NCBI GenBank assembly: GCA_012295275.1
Contig: CM022668.1
Coordinates: 5,580,001-5,644,000, forward strand
DNA: 64,000 nt
Direction: 5' to 3'
Source of the DNA: Chrysomallon squamiferum
Lineage: Eukaryota > Animalia > Mollusca
Position numbers and translations under genes: made by a program. Positions within the stretch are counted from its first letter, which is position 1. Each line of letters opens with the position of its first letter. Shown here in pieces: positions 28,994 through 57,802 of the stretch. The notes below the pieces were generated by a model. That model saw only the letters and a program-made list of their open reading frames with translations. It did not search any database and was not told where the DNA came from.

Positions 28994-31900
28994 AGAACAA
29001 AGAAAACAAGAATAATTATACTAACATCCGAAATTATTATAATGATAATAAAGAAACAAAGAAACAAATAAACAAATAAATATAAAAATACAAAAAATAA
29101 AAGTTTCTAAAAGAAAAAAGAAAAAAATTAATAAATAAATACGTAAATAAAGAAAGAAAACAGTAAATAAATAAAAACCAAACGAAATAAAACAGACACA
29201 CTTTAAGAGTTGTTTCTAAACTAAGCTTTTCCTAAAGTAAAATAATGTAAATTGTATGAGAAGTTTTCTTTCCTGAAAAGCAATAACTGACACGTGTAAT
29301 ATAAAATATTTATCAGTTAAAAAACTTTTTTTCTTTCAGAACTCAAAAGATGCTGGTGAAAATTGACTGTCTGAAAAAACAGTTGGACGACTGCGAAGCA
29401 CTGCGTAAGAATAAATTACAACTGTCTCTGTATATATCTCTGTCTCTATCTGTCTGTTTATCTATCTGTCTCTCTACCTATATATAAATCTCTTTCTCTC
29501 TGTCTTTCATCATCTCTCTCATTCTGTATTTACCTGTCCATGTTTCATTTACGTCTCTTTCTCTGTCTGTACATTAATAATATTCTTCTTTTTTTCTAAC
29601 TGATGTATTAATATGATTACTTTTTGTATTTTTTCTTTATTTCTCTCTGAAGCTGCACCAGCAAGTAAGATATCAAACATTATTTTTGACAATTTGTTTT
29701 CTCTATAAAGAAATACATGAAATACATCCAGATATATTTGATACATAACGCATATTACCATCTAATACATTGACACAAACACGCGTTCATTAACATACAT
29801 AACTCGTACATATACACATTTTTCAATACATTTGGAAACAGACACGATAGTTTTGTTGAAAATACAGATGCTGTTTTATTTAATATATCTTAAACAACAG
29901 AACCTCAAAAGTCCCTTTTAGTTACGCTTCATGCGGATTCCATATTTACTAATATAAACGTCGATGCTGCCATATATTCTCTTTAAAGAACATTTGAAGA
30001 AAACCCAGATACAGAGAAACCATCTGAAAGTATTATAGAATAATTTGAATTAAGGAAAAACGTAACATTTTTGAATTTGAATGAGAAATGAATCAACAGA
30101 TTTACGGGTAAATGTTTCAGCCGAAATTTGTTGTGTTTGTATCGGTTTCAAACGAAGCAAGCAAAAATCCACTTGGATATGTCAGTTATTTATTTTGATT
30201 ATTTAGCATCGTAACTGTTCTGGAACGATTTACGACCGTTTTCAGTAAAGATTTAAAAATGTTTTATAATGTTTTCAAAGAATAAGTTTTGTTTTTCATG
30301 AAATGTTGGATGCTTTGTATTTCTTTGTGTATTTTGAGAAAGGATACCTTCTAAATAATTTTGAGTAGGCTCAGCTATCTATTGTATTAATCTAGAAGTG
30401 GATTTGAATAAACCACTGTACGCTTTTGTTTGTAGTTTTAAAATATATATTCTTCTTTTTTTCCTTTGAAGCTCCTCTTCCAGGTAAGATATCAAAGATC
30501 TTTTCTTAATTTAGTTTCTCCATAGAAAAATATTGCATGAAACACATCCAGATATTAAGATCAGTGCATTTATATAAACAGATACTCATTTCTTACATAC
30601 ATACATATATGTTTCTATCTTTCGCTCAAAGCGTCTCCAAGTAAGTCTTATTATTGATTATTGAGAGAGACCATATCTTTCTACTTTAACGATTTTTCTT
30701 TTTATCCTCTCTGATATTCCTTTTAGACTGTGTCGATCATGAAAACCCATCTTCCCAATGTATGACAGGAGAAGCTTGTACACTTATGTCTGCCCTTACT
30801 ACTGAAGATTTCAGATGTGCGGATGCAGCTCATGTGTGCTGCTATAGTAAGTCCATGTTAACTGATTGGATAATGCTTGTGTCTTCTTTTACGTCCGTAC
30901 AACTTCTCTTCAGCAACATCACGTATAACGCTCTATTTCTACAAAACTCACTTTTAGTTACGCTTCATTCAGATTCGATAATCACAAATATAAACATCGA
31001 TGCGGCCATATATTCTCTTTAGAGAGCATTTGAAGAATACCCAGATGGAGAAAGACCATCTGAAAGGATTATATTGTTTATAAAGGTTTAAATTGATTAT
31101 AAAGGTAACATCTTTGAATTTAAATGAGAAACGCATCAAAAATCGAGTTTCATATATCAGATATTTATTTTGGCATCTTTGTCATGTGTGTGCTTGCAGA
31201 CTATGAAACGTTTAATAACTCCATGTGCCATCCTAGGTTGCAGTCAAAATGACATTATTCTGGCATCGTGATTTTCTGTCTCTGGAAGGATTTACGAATG
31301 AAATGAGTAAAAGATGCAGACATGTTTTAAAATGTTTTCAAAGGATATGTTTTGTTTAAGAATGTTTTTCGTGAAATGTTAGATGTTTTGTTTTTCTTCA
31401 TATCTGTTGAGAAAGGATTACTACTAAATAATTCTAAATAGGTTCAGTTATATATTGTACTAATCTAGAAGCGGATTTGAATAAACTGCTGAACGCTTTT
31501 ATTTATAGTTTTAAAATGTATACATACATACAGACACACATTGAAAATATTCATCTTCTCCCTAATATATTGAAATAATATAAATATATATTTCTTTTTT
31601 CCTTTGAAGTTCCTCTTCCAGGTAAGATATCAATCATATTTTCTTAATTTAATTTCTTCATAAAGAATACATTAAACATGCCTATATATTTAGATCAGTG
31701 CATGAACATAAAGACATTGTCTTATCCATAGCAACATACATACATACGTACGTACATTCAAAAAATACATACTTTTTTCGATCAAATCGTCTCCAGGTAA
31801 GTGTTATTGTTTTTTATAATTTCATTGATTTATTGCTCGTCTGACTGACGCTGTTACTTACATCACTCATAAGCTTTTGACCGCTTCACATTATATCCGT

Positions 31901-32241
31901 TTCAGTTCAAATCATTCAGAGAGAGTGATAAAGAAAGAAAATGATATATAGACAAAAACTGAGAGAGAGAGAGAATCTTTCTACTTTAACGATTTTTCTT
32001 TTTCTCCTCTCTGGTATTCCTTTTAGCCTGTGTCGAACATCCAAGCCCATCTTCCCAGTGTGTGATAGGGGCAGAGTGTATGACTCTGTCTCTCGATATT
32101 ACTGAAGAATACAGATGTGAGGATCCAGCTCACGTGTGCTGCTATTGTAAGTTCATGTTAACTGATTGGATAATGCTTGTGTCTTCTTTTACGTCCGTAC
32201 AACTTCTCTTCAGCAACATCACGTATAACGTTCTATTTCCA

Positions 32242-32279
<38 letters not shown>

Positions 32280-35235
32280 TTATTTATATACTGTCATAAC
32301 TATCTCCAGAAGGAGACAGTTGTGTCAGTTTTCTTTTATAATATTTCACTAAAGGTATGTTATTTTATTTCTGAAAAGGATACTGTAAAATATGTCAACT
32401 TTTTCAAACTTTCTTCTCATTTAATCTCGTTTCGGCAAAACAGAAAATATGTTACGAGTTAGAACTGTTTTTCATAAATATGATTTTAAGCACGAAAAGG
32501 TCATTCGTGTGAATATTTTAATCCAGCTGCCCATGACTGGGAAAATCATTTTTAAATACTCTCAATAGAGCAAATCCTCATCCTCGGTTCAAAAGCAAAA
32601 ACAGATATTTTGAAACCTCAACTAGAAGTCTTCTGGAATCGTACATTACAAACCACAAAACACTTTTTTGAATAAATTTTAAATTTGACAGATTAAAAGG
32701 GTAGATCAAATAATTTTCAAAATACTTGACAATGGCCGCATCTTTGTCAAGTGTAAAATGGTGACGGAGCACTATTTTACTTAGCGACTATGAAACGTGT
32801 AATAACTGCATGTCCCATCATAATTTGCAGTCAAAACGACATCTTACTCGCATCGCGATTTTCAGAATCATATGTCTGGATAAAGTCATATTCTCCAAGG
32901 ATCTACTAATGAATTCAGTAAAAAATACGGAAATGTTTTAAAATGTCCTCAACGAACATGGTTTGTTTTAGAATGTTTCTCGTGAAATGTTAGATGTTTT
33001 GTTTTTCTTCATATATGTTGAGAAAGTACATTTAAGTAATTTACAAGTAGATTTGAATAACCCCTGAACACTTTTGTTTGTACTTTTAAACTGTGTTGTG
33101 AATGTAAACATATATGTACATAGATAGATATATATAAACATTAAAAATATTCGTCTTCTCCCTCATGTATTAAAATAATATATATATCTTCTGTTTTTTT
33201 CTTTTTTCTTTGAAGGTAATCTTCCAGGTAAGATATCAAAGATCTTTTCTTCATTTAGTTTCTCCATAGAAAAAATGCATGAAACAGATCCAGATGTTTA
33301 GATCAGTGCATTCATATAAACAGACACTCATTTCATACATACAAACATACATGCGTTTATACAAACAAAGCATTTCCGCGTAAGTGTTATCATTGCTGTT
33401 TTTATTTTATACACTTTTTATTTCATTTATTTATTATTCACCTCGCTGAAGCTGTTACTTACATCATCAATAGATACTTCTACGTTACACATTGATCCAG
33501 TTTTAGTTCAAATGTTTCAGAGAGAGAGAAACTGATAAAGAAAGAGAACGATATAGAGACAGAAACAGAGAGACTCAGTTTTAATCTTTTCTTTTTTCCT
33601 TTCTAATTTTCCTTTTAGACTGTTCGGCTCATATGGTAGTAACTGCCGTGTGTGCGTCATCATCAGACTGTTTAAGTACCCTTGGCTCTGAAGATGATGC
33701 TTACACCTGTGCGAATCAGACTGAAGTGTGCTGCCTTGGTAATTTCATGTTAATTGATTCGATAATGCTTCTGTTTCCTTTGACGTCCGTACAACTTCCC
33801 CTTCAGTTATATCACGTGAAATGTTCAATTTCCAATTGTGAACTTTTAGATGTTTCACAGTTTTTATTTATGAATCGTCAGAACGTTTTACCGGAGGGGC
33901 GTTATTTAATCTATGTGTTATCCCATTTCTTACATACCTACATACATACACACATACATACATACATACATACAAATATACATACATACATACATACAGA
34001 CATACATACATTAAAAATATTCGTCTTTTCTGTACCTGATGTATTAAAATAATTTTGTTTTGTTTCTTTCTCGTTTCTCTCCGAAGCTCCTCCAGGTAAT
34101 ATATTAAGCATCTTTTCTTAATTTAGTTTCTTGACAAATACAGAAAGCATGTCAATATATTTAGATCAGTGCATGCACACAAACACATACTCTTATCCAA
34201 ACATACATACGTATAATATTATCCGTAAACAGTTCTCCCTTACACATTATACCTGTTTTAATTCAAATGATAGAACAAATATTGAATAATTCCTACCGTA
34301 ACTATCTCTCTCGTTGTTTCTTCCTCTCTTCTTCTATATATTATTTTGTCTTTCTTGTTCTGTCTCTGTTGTCATCAGTCTCTCTCATCTGGTATGTTTC
34401 TGAGAATTACTTACTTAAAATGTATTTTATATAAACAGTGCGTGTACACAGAAATGCACAGATATACATACTTCATATATTCACAAGAACAGAATGACAA
34501 ATTACGAATAAAACAATGTTTCTGGGTGGGTTTTTTGCGTATCTAAGAGACACACAGAGAGAAAAAGAGAGAACAGAGAGATATACAGAGACAGAGAGAA
34601 CAGAGAGAGAGAGAGAGAGTCACAGAAAAAGAGACAGAGAAAGAAAGAGAATGACTGAGAGAGAGAAAGAGAAAGAGAAAGTGGCAGAGAGATAGAGGGA
34701 GAGAGGGATAAAGAAAGAGAGACAGAGAAAGAGAGAGAATAACTCTATTTTAATTATTTTGTCTTTTGTTTTGTAATTTTCCTTTTAGACTGTGCCGATT
34801 ATGTGGAGTATGCAGAATGCATGTCAGCATCATCTTGTAATGACAACTTGGGCATTGTAGCTCTAGGCTACGTCTGCGCAGATGCAACTAAACTGTGCTG
34901 CTATGGTAACGTCTTGTTAATTCATTAGATAATAATTGCGTTTTCTTTGACGTCCGTCTAACGTATCTTCAGCTATTCCCATTTACGAATTTTTAATTAT
35001 TTATTTATTTATTTCAAGGAGAGGAGTTTTGATTTTGTCTGTTATAATATTTCAGTTTCATAAAATACTTATGTTATTTTATTTCCAAAAGTATACTGTA
35101 AATTATGTATCGTCTTTCAAGTTTATTAGACTTAAGTGGCACAGTACAAATGGGGTTGTCAGTAGAAAACAAACATCTTGTTACGTTTTCTAATCACATT
35201 TCTTTTCCTTTTCTTCTCTTATTATAGACATATAG
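28775..35235 (+). CDS. Secreted protein with four tandem six-cysteine clip/beta-defensin-like modules and Pro-rich micro-exon linkers (~243 aa)
   Basis: Exons: 28775-28890 (signal peptide MKSSLIICVLVVTCLTVAES + HLEHWGWGHEESDESCSQK), 29340-29404 (TQKMLVKIDCLKKQLDDCEAL), 29653-29664, 30472-30483, 30632-30640, 30727-30846, 31610-31621, 32027-32146, 33216-33227, 33619-33738, 34087-34095, 34789-34905, 35228-35235 (DI*). All are GT-AG and sum to 732 nt in frame. Module spacing is C-x8/9-C-x5-C-x12-C-x6-CC. Confidence 0.85.
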
Positions 35236-36336
35236 ATCTGGAGAAAAATCGTGAAAAAAGAAACGTCGTCAAATTAATAAGAAATAAAAAAAGTATGAAA
35301 CCATTATTACTCTTTATATTTTTTTCATTCAAAATTAATAAATTAAGTTATTTATTTATTTATTTATTTACTATAGTAGTTGTACTAGAGTTAATAGTAG
35401 CAGATGTAGTAGTAACAAAAATAAAAACAACATTAACAGATATTATTATTATTATTATTATTATTTTATATATTTTCCGTTGTAAAGTTATTAATAGGTT
35501 TTTTTTACAGAAAAGTAAAGTGGGTTGACTTGAATAGTACATGCTGGGTCATTCAAAGACAGATCACCCAACAGCTGAATCCCCACTTCCTATTTAGGTA
35601 ATTTGGGCTACAAACTCTGATTTTTCCATTTTGTTTGATCATACACCTGGTTTCCGAAATGTCCAAAAGATCAATATTACTGAAATGGCTATTTCTAGAA
35701 AAGTCTTTGGGGTTTTTTTTGGTGTTTTTTTTTCACGAGGATTCCAAAATTTTCATAATTTTATTTTTACACTGATGTAAGCTGAATGGTAAATGTTCTT
35801 TGCTGTTGTATACGATACAAACGTTTTCAAAAACCCAAAAATCCAGAGAACACAGTTCCTGTGTCACAAAACGAAAACGAGGCACTGTCCGCCGTCCTGT
35901 CAAACGAACATCCATTAAACGCATTTTCCTATTTTTATATTCCTCCATTTTAACAGCTGTCACTCGTTGTAGAATTAGCGAGACCGAGGCTCTGTAAAAC
36001 TATTACCTTTCTTCTGTGACGTAAAACTCTCTGTTGAATCGTCACGTTCACATTCGGATAGCCCTGGTCGTATTAGTTATCATCATCCTAGGTATTATCG
36101 TTATCATTATGTAACATACATTTTTATTTAACAAGTTTTAATACTCAATTTGTGACAATTAGTGTGTTTTTCTTTTCGAAAAATTATTATTTTAACATTA
36201 TATGCTAACACCTGACACACAATCTCATATTTACTAAGAAGAGTACCCAACATATTTTAGAAAAATACTTTCAAACTAGACGTGGGGAACTGAGAAAACA
36301 AGTACAGTGAATTATAAACACGTTGATGCCCTAAAC

Positions 36337-36655
36337 CAGGGATCTGCAAAACAGTGACCACGGGCACCAGGTGGTCCACAAGAACCACATGAGTCGCCCG
36401 CAGGCCTGTTCCTACAATTTAAACAATTACTGAGATCAACAGAACTAAAGGTTGAATACTGACATTATCTGTATCCAACCTTGTTAAGCCACTGGTGATA
36501 ATTATTGTGAGAAATCATTAACGTCATCAGTGTCTTCACCTAGATAATAATAATATATAACTAAAGATAAACTGAACAAATTTGTTATTTCAGAAGAGTG
36601 TAACAAACTGATACTATGAAGTAGCTCTCGTGTTCAAAATGGTTGATGACCCCTG
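36337..36655. mobile_element. hAT-family MITE, 319 bp
   Basis: Termini CAGGGATC.../...GACCCCTG flanked by an 8-bp TSD CCCTAAAC / CCCTCAAC (1 mismatch). Confidence 0.8.
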
Positions 36656-37019
36656 CCCTCAACTACAGAACTCTGTATAGGCCCAACTGTTCATGCACTA
36701 ACAGATAATAAAGTTGTGTGATAACTAAACTGAAATCTTACAGACTCTTACAGGCTTTAAGCTTGCAACAGATGTTTCAACTCATACTCAAATCCAGCAA
36801 CATGAATAAATGTACATTGATTCAAGTGAAAGAAGTATCTTAATCAACATACATATCAATAATTGTACTTTTTATACATGTAAATACATTGAAACATTAA
36901 AACATTGGCTTATAATATTAGTTCGAAGGATCTTGTACTTTCAGTTATACACTAACAAATAAACACAATGCCTACATTAACCACTGATAATAATAATGTT
37001 TCATATAAAGAGGAATATA

Positions 37020-37283
37020 TCACCAGGGCTTCAATATAAGTCAAGGTTAATATCACTAAGATTTCAATATAAGTTGAAGTACATCACTAGGGTTTCAATA
37101 TAAGTTGAAGTACATCACTAGGGTTTCAATATAAGTTGAAGTACATCACTAGGGTTTCAATATAAGTTGAGGTACATCACTAGGTTTCAATATAAGTTGA
37201 GGTACATCACTAGGTTTCAATATAAGTTGAGGTACATCACTAGGTTTCAATATAAGTTGAAGTACATCACTAGGGTTTCAACA
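37020..37283. repeat. Minisatellite, 30-31 bp unit, ~8-9 copies
   Basis: Unit TAGGGTTTCAATATAAGTTGAAGTACATCAC with no variable spacers. Confidence 0.95.
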
Positions 37284-37761
37284 TAGCTAGAACAATATCA
37301 TTCAACATTCAGATATGTTACTGGATTTTAACATAGTTCAGGTATAGTTACTATCTGTATTTCATATAATAAAACATCATTAATAATCTAATATTTCACA
37401 AGTTTTACCAACTAAAAGTCCACATTATAATAATCTGGTAGACAACCTCAAGTTTCAGGGTCTGGCTCATGCACTTTTTATGATACTTTATACAAACTAC
37501 ATGATCATATTGAATCTGTTCAACAGTTTAGGCTGGATCAGTGTTTCTCATAAAAACATCTAGACCTCTGTCAATCTGCCATACTGTTGATCTTAGTTTT
37601 CCTGAATCCTTAATTTCAAGACAAACATTATACTGTCCATTACTTTTTTATTCTCAGCTTCTCCACTGTCAAACTGTGTGTGATGTATGTGTGTGTGTAT
37701 GTGTGTGTGTGTGTGTGTGTGTGCATGCATATATGCATGTGTAGGTTATAAAGTGAGAATA

Positions 37762-49062
<11,301 letters not shown>

Positions 49063-49398
49063 GGTACAAAAACAAGGTCAGCTGTCTGACGTCATTAGAA
49101 GGACGCGAAGCCAAAGCAAAAATGTAGTCACATTTTCGTATTTTAACAATTAATTTCGTCATATAGCTACATTTTTATTTAGCACTTTATTTGTTAAGTT
49201 TAATTACAGACAAAGTAGATTTGAATAAAACAAAAATAACAATAAAGTAAATAAAATGCGAAAGAGAAATAAAAAAGATAGAGAGAACGAGAGTGCCAGT
49301 GTCAGAGACAAAATTAAAAAGGAAGTAAATATGTAAACAAATAATTTATAAGACTCCAATATTTATAATCATGGCGCAAAAATGACGTCAAATCAAAC
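49063..49398. promoter_or_regulatory. Compact bidirectional promoter between G1 and G2 with two CRE palindromes
   Basis: Head-to-head ATGs 336 bp apart. TGACGTCA at 49087-49094 and 49383-49390; YY1-like ATGGCG at 49371. Confidence 0.55.
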
Positions 49399-49969
49399 AT
49401 GGATTTACCTCAACCTACAGATTTTATAAGAAATATTTTGATACGTCGGTTTCTTATTTTACTTTGGATTTTTTTTATGCATCGTTTTTGCCGTGACGGG
49501 TAAAATAATTAAATATTTTAAATTATTTTATAACATTATTATTACAAATTCAGATACGTTTTTTTTTTTTGTTGTTGTTGTTGATAAAAAAAATACCATT
49601 GATTACTGAACTGATGCAATATTTTGTAATGTTTTACAACTGTTGTTGGTGGTGCTGGTGTTGTTCCTGTGGTTCTTTTTCTTCTTCTTCTTGTTATTAT
49701 TATTATTATAGCGTTTGTTGTGGTTAATTAATCAATAAGTTATTGATTTAAAATACATATTTTCTACTTTCACATACCCATGTATAGACTTCATGTATTT
49801 TCCCAGTGTCTGTCCACGTCTTTATCAAAATCCACTGTCACGAACGGAACCAGCTGTCTGATAATAATTTGAATGACAGAGTTTATTACGGGGCCCCATG
49901 ATACAAGATTCTAAGTTCACTTCCAAAATCGACTGATCGTTGTCGAACCAGTTTTCCTATTTGGATCAA

Positions 49970-49971
<2 letters not shown>
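49399..49971 (+). pseudogene. G2: truncated pseudogene of the D8C receptor family (signal exon plus first D8C half-exon)
   Basis: Exon 1 at 49399-49499 has a frameshift in a T-run. Exon 2 at 49776-49971 (DPCIDFMYFPSVCPRLYQN...YYGAP*YKIL...CRTSFPIWIK) has its acceptor mutated to AT, a frameshift and an in-frame TGA. There are no downstream exons before G3. Confidence 0.85.
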
Positions 49972-50008
<37 letters not shown>

Positions 50009-50487
50009 TTTTTTTATTTTTTTTCTTTAATTACTTAATTTATTTATTTATTTTATTTTATTTATTTATTTATTTATTAAAAATTGTTTTCCTTTAATAA
50101 TGCAGTGGAAGGAAACCTTAGAACAACAAAAAAAAAAAAAAAAAAAAAAAATAATAATAATAATAATAATAAATAATAACAAAACAGCAAATATAAAATT
50201 ATAGTGTCATGTTTTGAGATAAAAACAATAGTGTCTATTCTGACGACATTGAAAGAAGATCAATACAGAAAGCAACATTAAGTAAAACGTAGCCACATTT
50301 TCGTACCATACCAAAAGGTGTCGATAAGTTAAAAATTACATATTATATATTCATTATTATTTTTATTTATTTTCTTCTAATAAGTTTCAGATCAATGATA
50401 TTCATTTTACTTTTCTTCTCCCTCCCCCCTCTTTTCTAAAATAAAAATAATATGGCGCGGTCAGTGACGTCTGATCATGTTTCTAGA

Positions 50488-55493
<5,006 letters not shown>

Positions 55494-55519
55494 CATTACA
55501 CAGCAGTGAACACAAAACA

Positions 55520-55554
<35 letters not shown>

Positions 55555-57356
55555 TTGTGTGTCTATGTGTGTGTAAAAATTATTTGTTTCATCATAAAAC
55601 AAAATGCATATTATGTCAAATAAACAAATCTTTTTTTTTTGCCTCAAAAATAAATTATACATATATGTTCACACAAAGCTGGTTATAAGTTGCTATTATT
55701 TCATTATTTTGTAAATGTATAAATTTCTAATGTTTACAGGTTAAGTTTAGAACTTTCTAATTTAAATTAAATGGTGTACAGCAAAATAAAATAAATGAAG
55801 AATGAAAGAAAGAATATCTTGAGATTGTTTACATCTCAAAAAAGGAAAATAATATATGTGGATATAAGTGTGTGTGTGTGTGTGTGTGTGTGTTTATACA
55901 TATGATGATTGTTTTGTATTAATTACTTTCTGTTCCCATGGTTATACAATTACCTATCTCTCAGCTGTTCCATAAGCATGATGAACCAGTAAGAAAAATT
56001 CATTCAAAAGTTGTTTGTTAATTTTCTTTTCCTCTATCTTTATTTTTTATTTTTTTTTTTTTTTATGTTTGTATTTTTCAGTGTTTGTTTTTTTTTTTTT
56101 TTTATTAATAAATGTTGCCATGGTTATTATAGGCAAATACAAATATCAGAAGATAAAATATATATACTGTCCCTGATATATGCTGGTAAAACAAAAACAC
56201 AGTGAAATAACAATGTTTTTTGTATTTTAGGTTTTAATTTTTGAAATACTTGTATTTATGCTTTTACTATTATCATTGTTATTATTATTCATGTATTAAT
56301 ATTATAATCAGCATCATTTTTTTTTTTTTTAATTATTCAAAGCATTATTATTAATATTATCATCATTCTTCTTCTCATTATTATAATTATTATTTAAGTG
56401 GTCAGAAATAAATATTTTTGCCATTTCTACAGGGTTTGTATTTTGTTTGATTCTTTGTTGTTGTTTGTACTTTGTCTTTTTTATTTTTTAAAGATCTTGT
56501 AACTTGCAAACATATAATTTATAAATATTCATAGATGTTTATCTAAAACAGAATATGTGAAATGAACCTTATTAGATGTATATGTCACAAAGTTTAAGTT
56601 TTATTTAATTTTATTTTTATTTATTTTTAATTGTTTTTCTTCTTCTTCTTCTTCTTATTATTATTATTATTATTTCCATATATATTTATATATATAATAA
56701 AGGTATAATCTGTTTAAATAAATAAATAAAACTGCATATGTTTTGTGTAATGTACAAGTAATCTGCAATGTTCAGAAACCACCAGTGAGAATTGCTTATG
56801 TTAGAGATAAGTTACTCAAATATTATTTATTTATATATTTATTTATTTATTTATTTTTTTTTTTTTAATAAATTTAAATAATTATCTCAGAATAATTTTA
56901 ACACAAAATAAAAATTCACAATCGTTGTCTTAAATTATTCCAAATTTTATATTGTATATTTTTTATACTTTTAATAATTTATTTTAAATTATTATATTTT
57001 ATTTTATTTTATTTATTTTTTATTTTTTTATTTTTTATTTTTATTAAGACTTTTATTTTGGTTCGTTTTGTTGCTGGGGTATGTGAGGGGGGGTTTATAA
57101 CTATAATTTATTATATAAATTTATTATATTTTAAATCTCTTGTTATTTATTTATTTTGTATTATTGAAATAATAAAATAAAATAAATTTAAAATATATGA
57201 ACAACAACTATAAGTGCAAATAAATAAATAAATAAATAAATGCGATAATAATTCAATAATTAGTGTTTATAAAGCACCAACGCTTATCCAGCATTCGGCT
57301 ACCATTTCAGTTGTCATCAATTACGTCACAATTATTACACGATCTCCATTTTCAAA

Positions 57357-57598
57357 ATGAAGACATCTTTATTAATATCGATGGTAACAAATATTTCCAG
57401 GCGCAAATATCTTCTTTTGGTCTGTTTCTTTTCTTGGGGAAATCCATCTAAATTAGGTAAGTCAAAAAAATGTATTTTATTTTATTTTTTTTTCCATATT
57501 TCGTTAGTTAAAATAAACATTTATTCATGTGTACAGTGATAATTCAAATGTAGAAATTATAAAATTATAATAATACTAGCAATACAAACGTATTAATA

Positions 57599-57649
<51 letters not shown>

Positions 57650-57759
57650 ATGAAGATGCGTTTTATGCCAATCGAAAGACATCCAATCCCAGATGAAAAT
57701 TGTCAAAAATCTTCACTCCCAACATCGGAAAGTGGTTTTTTTTTTTATTATTTTTTTTT

Positions 57760-57802
<43 letters not shown>

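Noticed and set aside
35236-35528. Alternative long last exon for the Cys-module gene via the second AG at 35235
   Set aside because: The first AG (35227) follows the pyrimidine tract and gives DI*. The longer frame runs through an AATAAA and low-complexity sequence. Not fully excluded without RNA data.
37020-37283. 30-31 bp direct repeats resembling a CRISPR array
   Set aside because: Units are contiguous with no unique spacers, there are no cas genes, and the context is eukaryotic; it is a minisatellite.
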